From positions 13,082,001 to 13,146,000 of the forward strand of contig NC_043016.1 in the NCBI RefSeq assembly GCF_006345805.1: a stretch of 64,000 bases of DNA, read 5' to 3'. The notes beneath the pieces were generated by a model. It worked only from the letters and a program-made list of their open reading frames with translations, was not told the DNA's origin and ran no database searches. This document shows, in pieces, positions 24,934 to 36,357 of the stretch (position 1 is its first letter; every line of letters starts with the position of its first letter). The DNA comes from Octopus sinensis (Eukaryota). The position numbers were made by a program, and so were the translations under genes.

Positions 24934-25369
24934 TACTAGAGACGAAAGATTGCCCCTAATAAATATATGTACACGCACAAAATTAATTAAAACACTTGAA
25001 GAATCAGATGCGGTTGTTTTGTCTCAGTTGAAGACATTACCCACAATAAGCAACTGAGTTACTGAAAGTCCAAGATTTTCGTGTGTTTGTAAAATGCATG
25101 AAATTCTCGCACGCACACACAGCATATATACATATGGAGGAGGTCTTTCAGTTTCCATCTTCCAAATCTACTCATAAGGCTTTGGGTGGCCTACGATATA
25201 GTAAAGGATATATATATGAGAGTGTGTGTGAGTAGACAAATGAAATAAGTGCTCTGAACACATTCGACTGCTAGAAATAGCCACCAAATCTTCAACTCAC
25301 AAACGCTCTATTATTTGTTGTTTTGAAAATGGAAGTCACACTGGCTGTTTGATCTCGTTACATATCTAA

Positions 25370-25508
25370 ATCAAACAGTTTGATTCAAACTCCTTGATAC
25401 CCCGAGTTTCATGCGTATCGCTAGTCGTTGGCCGTTAGGAGCCTGACAAGGACTAGCAACATGCTTAAAACTCGGAGTACCAAGGAGTTTGAATCAAACT
25501 TTGATCGA
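25370..25508. mobile_element. Small fold-back element (49-bp arms, 24-nt spacer)
   Basis: 25378-25426 versus 25451-25499, 7 mismatches, 6 of them transitions. Confidence 0.7.
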
Positions 25509-25619
25509 TATATTTATATTATATATAGGCCATCACGAAGTATACCACACATTTATAGACAAATTTTCCCCTCCTCTCTCTGTGTATAGCAACAGCCTTC
25601 TTGTATATGAGGAAAACCA

Positions 25620-26060
25620 TTGCTATAAAGAATTATTGAAATAAGTCATGTGAGACCCTTTTATGACTCTTGAACCTGGCCAAAGACTTGCACATTCTAA
25701 TTGCATAATGCACGACTGTGCTGGCTGGCAGAGGGAACAGGTGCCATAGTATGAATTCTTTTGCTATGCCTTTTCAATCCTCCAACTCAAAGGCACACCA
25801 TTCCACATGTTCTGTTGTCAAACAATAGCTGTATCATAATTTACAAAGAGTTGATTCCTCTGTTTTTCTCTGATGGCTGAACCAGGCCTGCATGACTCAA
25901 ACATTTTCTCTCACGAATCACACACGTAAAAAGTAACACTCCTTCATCTTCCACAGGTTCATTCTTTCTAAGCCTTCTCTTGATCTTCTCGTGCTTTCAA
26001 ACTTTGAACTGCAAGTGTACACTCCTTTCGCCCGTCCATTTCTGTCTTGTGCCTCTCTTT
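25620..26060 (-). mobile_element. Possible degenerate LINE ORF C-terminus (RTE-like zinc finger)
   Basis: Minus-strand RMCKSLARFKSHKGSH resembles the RxCKSxAGLxSHxRxH terminal finger; many stops. Confidence 0.3.
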
Positions 26061-26584
26061 CCTAATCAACAACTGAAATTTCTGTCTGTGTCAGAGCAAT
26101 TCTGAGGCAGGCCTTGAGTCTCGGTGTTCGCCTGCTTTGGCATCTGTGACTGTCACCCACTCCCACTCTGTTGCTTCACCCTTCCTTCCTTCCTTCCTTC
26201 CTTAGCGTGACCGATTGAGACACACATTACGTTTTTTTTATATACACATGATATGGCTTCGATGGCCGAAACTTCAAAGTCACTGTCAATAATATACTTG
26301 TTAAAAAATAATAAATTGTGTGTGTGTATGTCTTTGTTTGTCCATAAGCTTGACAACGGGTGTTGATTTGTTTGCCTTCCCGTAAAACAGCAGTTCGACA
26401 AAGGTTACCGATAGAATAAGTTACTAGGTTTTAAAAAAAAATTAAAGTCCTGGAGTTAGTTTAAATTCTTCAAGCTTAAGCCTCCCAGCAAGACCGCTTC
26501 CAATGAGTGAATCGAGTAAAAATGGGATGAAGCTGCCAACCACATAGCATTAGCATTTTGTCCTTGTATATTGCTGGATGATGC

Positions 26585-26720
26585 ATCAACTGGGTTCTCT
26601 ATGTGGTCGTTCGACTGCTAGAAATAGCCACCAAATCTTCAACTCACAAACGCTCTATTATTGTTGTTTTGAAAAATGGAAAGTCACACTGGCTAATCTA
26701 GCGCTGGATATTCTACAGCC
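26585..26720 (-). mobile_element. Interspersed repeat family G (probable SINE 3' part)
   Basis: ctctatgtggtcgttcgactgctagaaatagcc..aaatc; related pieces at ~2890-3050, 21320-21450, 25263-25346, 41270-41370, 50060-50240, 60230-60400. Confidence 0.55.
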
Positions 26721-27729
26721 GAAGAAGAAGCTAAGATAAAGAATACGCACACCACTCGTTTTCGGCGTAACCCTAAACGGGTGGTGTGCGTATTCTTTAC
26801 CTTTGCCGAAGTGGGATTCTACTTGGGGGTTAATTAACACCTCAGCTGCTTTTTAAGAGTAAAACTGACGAGCGAGTAACTATTTAATTGCCCGGCCTGC
26901 TAGAAGTAGCCATCCAATCATCTGAAAACGTTGGTATCTTCTCTTAAACTGACCCCTAGCTGATTTAGTTTGCTCAAGTTCACCTGGACTAAATAACAAC
27001 GTTACTTGGAATGTGTTCAACTTTTAATCCAAGACCATTCTTGAGAAATGCAGTGCCGTGATTTCTCTACAACTTGCCTTTTTTCTTCTTAAACCACTTT
27101 TCAATTTGTTTGCTTTTGAAAGAGTGTGAAACCCCGTCCCCTATTTATTTCTGTCATCCTATCTGGATCTTGAGTTCAAATCCTTTCCAGGTGGGAGCGT
27201 GGTTGGGGCTGAAGGACGGCCCTCTCCAGCCTACACTTTTATTGAGGCAACTGTATAGTCTTACGGGAGCAGAGGAATCGCTTCACGGCAGCACATGTAG
27301 AAGCAATGCCCGTCTCCAAGCTGTTGACTTCACTTTTCTGGCATTGTTTAACAACTTCTTTAAGTAATCACCCCCACTGAGTTTAAAGTAAAAAATACGA
27401 GGATCATTATTAGTTTTACTTCGAATGTGGCTTGTAAAATTCTAAAATCAATTTATATAATATATATTCAGAATTTGATTTTAATTTTTACTTTTGTTTG
27501 CCTAGTTAGAATTGTTTAAAATTACAAGTGAGGACGTCTTAAATTTTTTGTTTTAAAGAAGAAATAGAAGAATAATGCTTCTGGTGACTACATTTGTTCA
27601 GTATATATTTTATATAATTACATATATACTTTAAAAAAAAAACAAAAAAGAAAAAACATATTTGAAGTATTTTTGTTTCTACGGAAAATTTTATGCCGTC
27701 GTGTTATGTATAAGTGGTTTATTTTGATT

Positions 27730-27825
27730 TGCGTATATTTACGTGTGTGTGTGTATGTGTGTATATGTGTGTATATATGTATGTATATATGTATGTATGG
27801 ATGTATATGTGTGTGTGTGTATATA

Positions 27826-27870
<45 letters not shown>
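27730..27870. repeat. Compound (TG/TA) microsatellite
   Basis: Directly visible; abuts the candidate miRNA hairpin. Confidence 0.95.
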
Positions 27871-27873
<3 letters not shown>

Positions 27874-27874
<1 letters not shown>

Positions 27875-27964
27875 TACGGCTGGGATCATTTCGGTTGCTA
27901 TCACAGATTTGGAAATTGACGGCAACCCAAAAGATCCCACGGCTGTAATACGAAGGTCGCCCAC
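27874..27964 (+). ncRNA. Candidate intronic pri-miRNA hairpin (unnamed; strand uncertain)
   Basis: 23-position stem 27881-27903/27917-27939 (19 WC, 1 GU, 3 mismatches), 13-nt loop, 7-bp lower stem 27874-27880/27942-27948, CNNC (CGCC) at 27958. Structure only; no expression data. Confidence 0.45.
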
Positions 27965-29374
27965 TTTCATTATCTGCTTGGAATAACCGTGCACATAACA
28001 GCTTTATTATTATTATTATCTCTCTCTCATTAAGTTGAAATCTTTTTGCTTCATTTAATTGCTTTTATATCGTATTTTACGAACAAGGACAGGTTTCCAA
28101 CGGGATTGATCTCGCGTTCACGGCAATTCCGAAAGGAAAACGACACGGGAATCTTTCTAAACTTCTGTTATAAATAATTCATTTACGTTTAAGATCCTTT
28201 ATGGGAAGGATGAAGAGTAAAATAGTAACAATAGTAACACTGCGGGCATTTTGTGCAACGCTCAAAGGATTGATTCTGTCAACGTGCAACTCCGGCGGAA
28301 TGGAAACCACAAAGTACCTTTGTTCGAACACACACCCTTCACTTAAATATATACACGGTGAAAAAAATATAAACACACGCACACGCAGAGCTTCTAGCAT
28401 AGTTTACTTCTTCAAAAGTTCTCATAAAGCAGGCTTATGTTAGTATCTGCCCAAGATTAAATAAATGCCCAAGGTGCCGTGCATTGGGATGGAACTCGCA
28501 ACCATACGGTTGTAAAGCAGACAGCCATACCTGCGTCTAGTAAAAAATTATTCGTTATCTTTAGTTTTTAGGACTTTTTGTTAATGAATCTTCCCTCCTT
28601 TTTTTTCTTTTCTTTTTGTAATGCCAAAATGTTTCGTTGGCTTTTTTCTTTCATTAAAAACAAACAAGAAAAAAAGTTTAAAACCCCCCCCAAAAAAAAA
28701 CTGAGCCTCGGTAACCAACCCCTTGCATGATATATAGTTTTGGCAAGTAAGGAACAGCTATTAACCAGAAAATGGGTGATACATCTGAATTTTGTCCATA
28801 AGTTTCTCCTCATATTTGTATTGTGAGTCAATTTATTTCAACATTAACCCAGATGTCTTGAGGGAAGGTGTACGTCTATTTTTTTTCTTTTCCCCATTTG
28901 TTTTCCTCTCTGACTGACAAGCTGAGTTATTCAAACTCCATCATCCATTATTAGCTCATCGGCAGACTAGTTGCTGGTGCTTACTGAAACAATTACCTCT
29001 CCCACCGGTATTTGTTTACTTGTTCTATCACCTGTCTCTTGTTGTTGGTCTTTTTTTGTTGTTGTATCTATTAAACACAGAGAATAAAAAGAGAGAAAGA
29101 AAACTGAAAACAAAATTGGAGATATATGCCTGTGTGTCATACCCTAATAAAACACATGGAACAATTTGTAAAATATACTTTCTTGAAGAACAATTATCCA
29201 AAAAGTGAAGCTCCTCCCTTGGCTTGAAAAGGAGTGTGTTTAACAATAACTTAGTTAAATAGTAATACTTGAAAAATTTAGAATATATGGAATATGTTGC
29301 AGATCTTTTCCTTGGAGGAATATGTTTTTTGTACCAAAAAGGAGAACAATGGTGACTGTAGTAGTTCAGTGCTA

Positions 29375-29574
29375 CTCTTTTACTTGTTTGTCATTTGACT
29401 GTGGCCATGCTGGAGCACTGCCTTTAGTTGCGCAAATCAAGCCCAGGACTTATTCTTTGGAAGCCTAGTACTTATTCTATCGGTCTCTTTTGCCGAACTG
29501 CTAAGTTACGGGGACGTAAACACACCAGCATCGGTTGTCAAGCGATGTTGGGGGGACAGACACACAAACACATG

Positions 29575-29620
<46 letters not shown>

Positions 29621-29783
29621 CATATATATACGACGGGCTTCTTTTCAGTTTCCGTCTACCAAATCCACTCACAAGGCTTTGGTCGGCCCGAGGCTATAGT
29701 GGAAGACACTTGCCCAAGGTGCCATGCAGTGGGACTGAACCCGGAACCATGTGGTTGGTAAGCAAGCTACTTACCACACAGCC
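29375..29783 (-). mobile_element. Full-length SINE B1 (CORE-like, OR-type) with internal (TG)n(TA)n
   Basis: Minus strand: GGCTGTGTGGTAAGTAGCTTGC...GGGTTCAGTCCCACTGCATGGCACCTTGGGCAAGTGTCTT (MIR-core-like)...microsatellite...GCTCCAGCATGGCCACAGTC..ACAAGTAAAAGAG; further copies at ~21545, 23465, 28400, 30500, 47380, 50815-51205, 55250-55650, 63745-64000. Confidence 0.9.
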
Positions 29784-30254
29784 AATACAAAGACTCCAAT
29801 TTTACCAGTATTTCAGGTTTTATTAAATGTCTTACACACAAAACTGTCTTCTTCCTCAGGACTTCATTTTTATGGAACTTCCTCCCCCCCTTCCCTTATT
29901 TTCCCTTTTACCTGCTTGCAGCATTCAAACTGCATGTGGACTTCATTAACCTTCAGTCTCCATTTCCTTAACCTTTCTCCTTCACGAAGATCCATAAAGT
30001 TGGTTCCTAGCCATTTGCCTGACCTCTGTTATTTCCTTGGCATCTGTGCGTCATATGTGAAATACATTACAAATTTTTTATTCAACCACCACAGTGACTT
30101 GGGGACTTATGAAAGAAAAGCTTTATATTATTTAGAACATATGAAAGAAGGGCTAACTAAAAGACCGAAAACATGCATGGGTGTTTAGGACAGACTAACG
30201 AAAATGTCTTGGACAGACAGAAAATTAAATCTGGAAACCCATACAGTCTCCAGA

Positions 30255-30450
30255 AATGTTAGCACACCGGGTGAAATGCTTAGCAGTATTTCATCTGTCT
30301 TTACATTCTGTGTTGAAATTCCACTGAGGTCAACTTCGCCTTTCATCCTTTCAGAGTTGATTAAATTAAGTACCAGTTCTGTACTGGGGTTGAGCTAATC
30401 GACTGGGCCCCTCCCTCAAAATTTCAGGCCTTGTGCCTGGAGTGGAAAAA
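30255..30450 (+). mobile_element. SINE A2
   Basis: gaaatgttagcacaccgggtgaaatgc...ctcaaaatttcaggccttgtgcctggagtggaaaaag. Confidence 0.8.
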
Positions 30451-31363
30451 GTGGTGGTGGGAAACAAACAGATGCAGGATGGAGACATGCACGCATGCGA
30501 TCAGTTCCATTCAGTTTCTGTCCACCAAATCCACTCACAAAGGTATGGTTGATCCGAGGCTATAGTTGAAGACACTTAGCAAAGGTGCCGCACAGTGGGA
30601 CTGAACCTGGAACTACATGGTTAGGAATCAATCTCGTGCATCTTTTATGTCGACTTCATTTAATTAATATTCCAACTGTGACAGAACTGATGTTATCATT
30701 TTTACTGGTATAGTGTACCTAAGATTAAATTATTCAATGTTTTTTTTTTTTTTTTTTTTTTTAAAGATATCAGTGTTTTGATGTATGAGAGATGTGACTT
30801 AATTCTTGCAAGTGAAGCAGCTGCACAAGTCTGCAGATTTCCTCCCCCCGTTTATATCTTCCCATCATTCCTCAGGCAATTGCATAAGCAGCCATCTCTT
30901 ACATCAGCCATCTACAAATCTGGCAACCAAATAGTTCTGAGAACAGCACCTAGTACCTTGTAAATTCAGTGTCACCTCACTAACTAGCAACACCAACAAG
31001 CATCATGTACAACCCAGCCATCAAACTCAACATAATAAACATACCACACTCAAGAATTACAACATACTGAATAGAGTGGGGAGGAATTTTCTGCAATATT
31101 CACAGAATGCATAACTGGCATAATTCAGAGTGAGCCACAAATATACTCAAAGTACTTACTTTTGTACTTTAGTAAAGTACTTCTGTGTGTTGGCTTTAGT
31201 GCAGCTAACATTCAGAACTAGACACGAATGATTATTTCATTCTACAATTTTTCGCTGCAGCAAATTTCAGCTGGCAAAGTCGACCTTGGCGGAATTTGAA
31301 CTAAGAATGTAAAGACAGACGAAATACCACTAAGCACTTTGCCCAGTGTGCTAAGTGGTTTGT

Positions 31364-31731
31364 TTATTATCTCTGCCTTAGCAAAGGTGAAGGTATTGCC
31401 TTTGGTTGTTTGTTTGTTTGTCCATGGATAAGGTATCTCAAGAACCATTGGATGGATTCAGATGAAACTTTCAGGGATGTTTGGCCTCGTGACTGGCACA
31501 AACTGATTAGATTTTGGGATCGATCCAGCACTGGACAAAGATTTTGGATTATTTTTCCTGTTTTTTTACTTAATTTTTGAAAGCAGTTAGGTTCATTTTT
31601 AGTATTCTCATTTGTGAGAGCAGTTGAGTTTATTTCAGATATTCTCATTTTAAATTTCATCTCTGGCTAATCATTGAGAGGACACTGGCGTTGTCTTGGT
31701 GGAGGTTTGTGCACTCTGAGTGCTCTTGTTT
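31364..31731 (+). mobile_element. HINE/DINE-1-like non-autonomous rolling-circle element
   Basis: 5' TTATTATCTCTGCC, (GTTT)n near the 5' end, subterminal CTTGGTGGAGG, perfect 3' hairpin GCACTC-T-GAGTGC (31711-31723) then T-rich end. Confidence 0.6.
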
Positions 31732-34714
31732 ATATTGTTTTGAATTCATCATGCATCATCTTGTAGTTTAGAGATTTCAATGATGTGATTGTTTAGTTTT
31801 AGAATGACATTGTAGGGTAGGTGTGAGAAGCAGGATCTGGTCATTTTCAGTATAAAACAAGTTAAATATTTTGGCCAGATATGGCCAATTTGAGTGCTAA
31901 AGGGTTAAACAAGAATGGGGCTAGGAGTTTACTGGATTACATTTGTGTAAACGGTTTCATTTAAATTGTTTCAGCTTGGTATTTGAAGATAAAACTCTAG
32001 GCAGGGAAGGGGAATGCTGGTGGGTGAGATTTTGGGAAGGAAGGATTGGTTGGGTGTGTTTAGTAATGCATTTTCAATGACAACTATAGGAAGGGGAAAG
32101 GTTTACAATTGTAATTAGATTTAAATAGTAACAGTGTCTATTCTATTACTCTCTTCATTACCACAGTGTCATCATCGTCATTGCTTAACATCCACCTTCC
32201 ATGCTGGTGTGGGTAGGATTCAGGGATGGGTAACTCTTCATCAGTTGGGAGCCCCCCGCATCGTACTATTTCCAAGTGGGAGAGGTTCGCATGATAAAAC
32301 AAATGCATGAAATATGACTTCACACTGAATTCTTCAGTTCTTCTTAATTTAATTTGTCTTAGTATGAAAGTATACATTGAGCTGGCATCTCTTTCATTAA
32401 TTCCTAATGATAATAATGATGATTACTTGTTTAAATAAATTATAGTTTAACATTTTGAGGTAAAAAAAAAAAAAAAAAAAGAAAATTCATTGATATTGTA
32501 TTAAAGAACAGACTTCATTATCTGTATCAGTGAGAGTTTTTGCACATTCGCCTTCTTTACCATATTTTCAATGTTAGGTAGAATTTGAGATGTTGTTACT
32601 TTTAGGTTATGCTGCAAATTAGTGACTTAGAAACTCACCGAGAGCTGCATGCAGTCTGCAGGCCACAGGTTGCCAATGCATGCTCTAAAGAAGAGGTGGG
32701 GTAACTTTTTAGTGTGGTGGGCAAAAATTTACAAAGAAAAAGGCCTATGGGTGGATCACAAGTTCTAACTCTTATATCTGTGTAAATCTTGTAGTATAAT
32801 TTGATATATATTAATAAAGATAAGTTTAACACATTAAATTAACGTGTAACATCTTCATTAACACTGTCACTGAATTTAGGACGTTTATGTTACTTATGAG
32901 GTTTCTATATTTCTCAGCTGGAGTGTAGTTGGGTCTCAAGGGGTAGTACAAGCCTAGCAATATGTGTTTTTATAGTGTAAACAAAATTTCCACTCCAATG
33001 GCATCACTGGACAGTTTGAGTCAAACCGTTTTAAGTCGTAGTGCAAGCACGACCCATGTTGCAAATAGGCATACAAATATTGTATAAATTTTATAATTGA
33101 AAAATTTACTATGTCTTGTTCATACGAGTATATCAGCCTGTGGGTGAAATAAAATGGGTTTGTGAGTGCAATTATGCCTGTGGGTGGGGGTTTCCCCGTG
33201 CCTGCTCTAAAGCATCACACTCCCCCCTATTCTTTCTGTTGTGGTGAGGTTATTTATTGTTACTGGTTACAAAGAGACCTTACTAGTGCAGGTCCTATGA
33301 CAAAAACAGCCAGTACATACTGTCAAGTGTTTGCCAAAGCCAGGGTTGGGAGAAATCTCTAGTTTTCCCCAAGGGTAAGACAACCTCTCTGATGTTGGTG
33401 CTATGAAAAGAATGTACATTGTGTGAGTGGCAGGTTTTAGGAAGAGTGTTCAGTCATAGAAACTATACCAAGGCTGAAACATTGAAACCAGACCTGTTGG
33501 TTCCTCTTGAACTGTCCAGTATATGCCAGAATGGGAAGCAGATATAAAACGATGATGAGATGGAGACAATCTGTAGTATACAAGATGAGAAGCACAGACT
33601 GCTATAATAGTTGTTGAAGAAGAAGCAGTGGATATTTGTTTACATATTTTGGCTGTAGGCCAGTCGGGTGTTCTTCCCCCTGCTTATGGTGAGAGAAAGT
33701 TCATTTGTCAGAGACTCTTTTTTCCTTTATTGATTGAAATAGTTTTATATTCTATGATGCGTTTTGAACATATTAAGCATTAGATCATATATGTTGTTTG
33801 GTGGTGGGTTTGTATGAATATGAGATATATTTTTCTGGCTATGAAGAGGAAACCCAGCCTTTGTCAGATGATAGTCTTGGCAATGTTAAGAATGCTAGAC
33901 CTTCATGAGAAGTTAGAAAAAAAAAAAAAAAAGAGGTTAACTTATTCAGTTTCACATATTATTCCTCCCTCCCTGTTTTTTCCCCCCCTTTTTTCTTCTT
34001 CCAAAAGAATCATTCAACAAAACTGTTACTGCATTCCGCTCATTTATGATCACTAATTAAAAGTTAAGATTACAGTTTTTTTTTTTCGTTTCCTAGAGAG
34101 ATCTTTCAATCTTCAGATGGTAACTAATTATTATCTTATGGAAGTTATCCTTGACAATCAGGTCTTTCTGCTACGTTAATGAAGAACCAGTCTTGTGACT
34201 GGTGTCATATCCTCTTCCACGTGTTATAGACAACATTTCCTGTTAGTAACTGCGCTACTTACTATTAACCAGTTGAGAATGATGTTTGTATAGGAATTAT
34301 GTTCAATAGACATCAGTTTAATTCACTTCGTTATGATTCATGCAAACTGTTTATATAAACATACATATAATAAATATACATACATGCATATATGTAAATA
34401 CACACACACACAAACTTCAGTGTCCCATCTTACATTTTTCTAACATTCTTGATAAAATTAAATATATTCTCTACCCAAATATATCATCATCATCATCACT
34501 ATTGTTGTCACCACTCCTACTGTCACCTTTATCATATTTATGGTATTTCCTGCTTACTATGGTGGTTTGGTTGGATGTGCAGTTATTTTTTTTTTAAACT
34601 TAATTCTAGGTTATCTCATCTATAAAACCCTTTAACTATGAATATTCTAACCATACACATTTTTATCAAAATTGTGTGCATGTTCACACTTCATATTATT
34701 ATTATTATTATCAT

Positions 34715-35100
34715 TCTGCCATGGTCAACTTTGCCTTTCATCCTTTCGGGGTCGATAAACTAAGTACCAGTAGCGTACCATGGGTTTTATCGAATCGACT
34801 GGCCCCCTCCCCCAAAATTTCAGGCCTTGTGCCTAGAGTAAAAAAGATTATTACTATTATCATTTTTAGAGGTGGTGAACTGGTAGAATTGTTAGCATGC
34901 TGGATGAAATGCTTAGCGATATTTCGCCCACCACTACATTCTGAGTTCATATTCCGCCAGGGTTGACTTTGCCTTTCATCCTTTCTGGTTCGATAAATTT
35001 AGTACCAGTGAAACACTGGGGTTGAGGTAATTGACTTGTCCCCTCCCCACATATTTGAGGCCTCATGCCTACAGTAGAAAGGATTATTATTATTATTATT
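34715..35100 (+). mobile_element. Two head-to-tail SINE A2 copies in (ATT)n
   Basis: (ATT)n at 34695, tails ...aaagattattactattat and ...gaaaggattattattattatt. Confidence 0.82.
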
Positions 35101-36322
35101 ATATACATTTATTTTTGTCTTCTCTCTTCAATATTACTTCAATATTTGTAAAACAAAAAAATTCCAATGTGTCTTCAATATTCAAATAAAATACATTTTA
35201 AATTGTTTTATCAGATGAAAGTATTTTCTTTTTAATATTTTTCTTCTCTCTAAACAATGTAGTCCGTATGTGTATGTGTGTGTGTGTGTGTATTCAGATG
35301 AAAGAACTCCTTTTGAAATCTATTTCATCATCTTGCTTTTAGAGTCTTTATATTTTTTAGTATCATTTCAATATTCCAGTATTCTTAATGATTATATGTT
35401 AACTTCCCTTAATTAGCCATTTTCCGATTGTATGTGGTAAAATTAAATCTGTATTCTTCTGGTAATGTATGTCGTCAGCATATAAAAAGAAAAAAAAGTC
35501 TAGTAAATACAAATATTTAATATTTCCTTTTGTAGGGAGTCATTTGCAAAGAATTTGTAAAATGGTTTTATTTATTGCACTGCTGCCAGGTTTAGATACT
35601 TTATCAGTTGTGTGTAGTTTATTCAAGTTTTTCTTTTTTTTTTTGCTCAATGATTAAGTTGGAGGCTTTTTTTTCTTCCAACTGCCTTCAACCTGATGTC
35701 AGTTATGTATCTTTTGCTATTACAGTCATCGGTTCAACTAATGGAATTTATATTAGTGGGGAGAAAAAAATGGTGCAAAAAAGAAAATAAATGTTGCTAA
35801 GAAATTGTTTAGCTTGATATTTTTATTCTTCACCTCCCAATCCTTAAAAATTTTTACATTAAAAGTCTTTGTTTCCCCTTGAAGTTCAAAACATTTGTTT
35901 TATTCAACTATTGCAGTTTTATTATGGGCAGGACATAAATCCTTTGTTCTAGTTTTGGTAGTTCCAGTTCTTGCAAAATTATACATCAGAGATAGATTTC
36001 CTTTTAGAAAATTGTCATCTTCTTTAACAGTGAATAAATTCAATTATAGGTTTTATCTTCATTTTGGGTTAGTTACTTGTTCTTGATTTGAACTCCCTAT
36101 TCCCCCATCTCAACATCAAAATCTAAAAAGAAGAAAAAAAGCAAAAATCCCTATTTAATATGGCTTGTGTTCTTTGATAAGTCTGTTCAAGTAGATGCAT
36201 ATTGCCACTAATGTTAGTGTCATGTGCTTAGTACCTCATTTATTTCAGCTTGGTAGTTAATTAGGGTGGGCTTTTCACTAAGAGAATAATTAAAATGCAT
36301 TTATTCTATTTTGAACTATATG

Positions 36323-36357
<35 letters not shown>

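Larger units (their letters stand above)
21850..28560. promoter_or_regulatory. CpG-retaining intronic domain; possible internal promoter/enhancer
   Basis: Manual count about 19 CG in 21841-22200 versus 0-1 in equal stretches at 5341-5700 and 36001-36360; unique sequence and embedded SINEs both keep CpGs. Confidence 0.4.

Noticed and set aside
32918-33087. Possible alternative exon: good acceptor at 32917 and ORF MASLDSLSQTVLSRSASTTHVAN
   Set aside because: Only weak phase-1 donors (e.g. TAA|GTCGTA); no homology; cannot be supported without RNA data.
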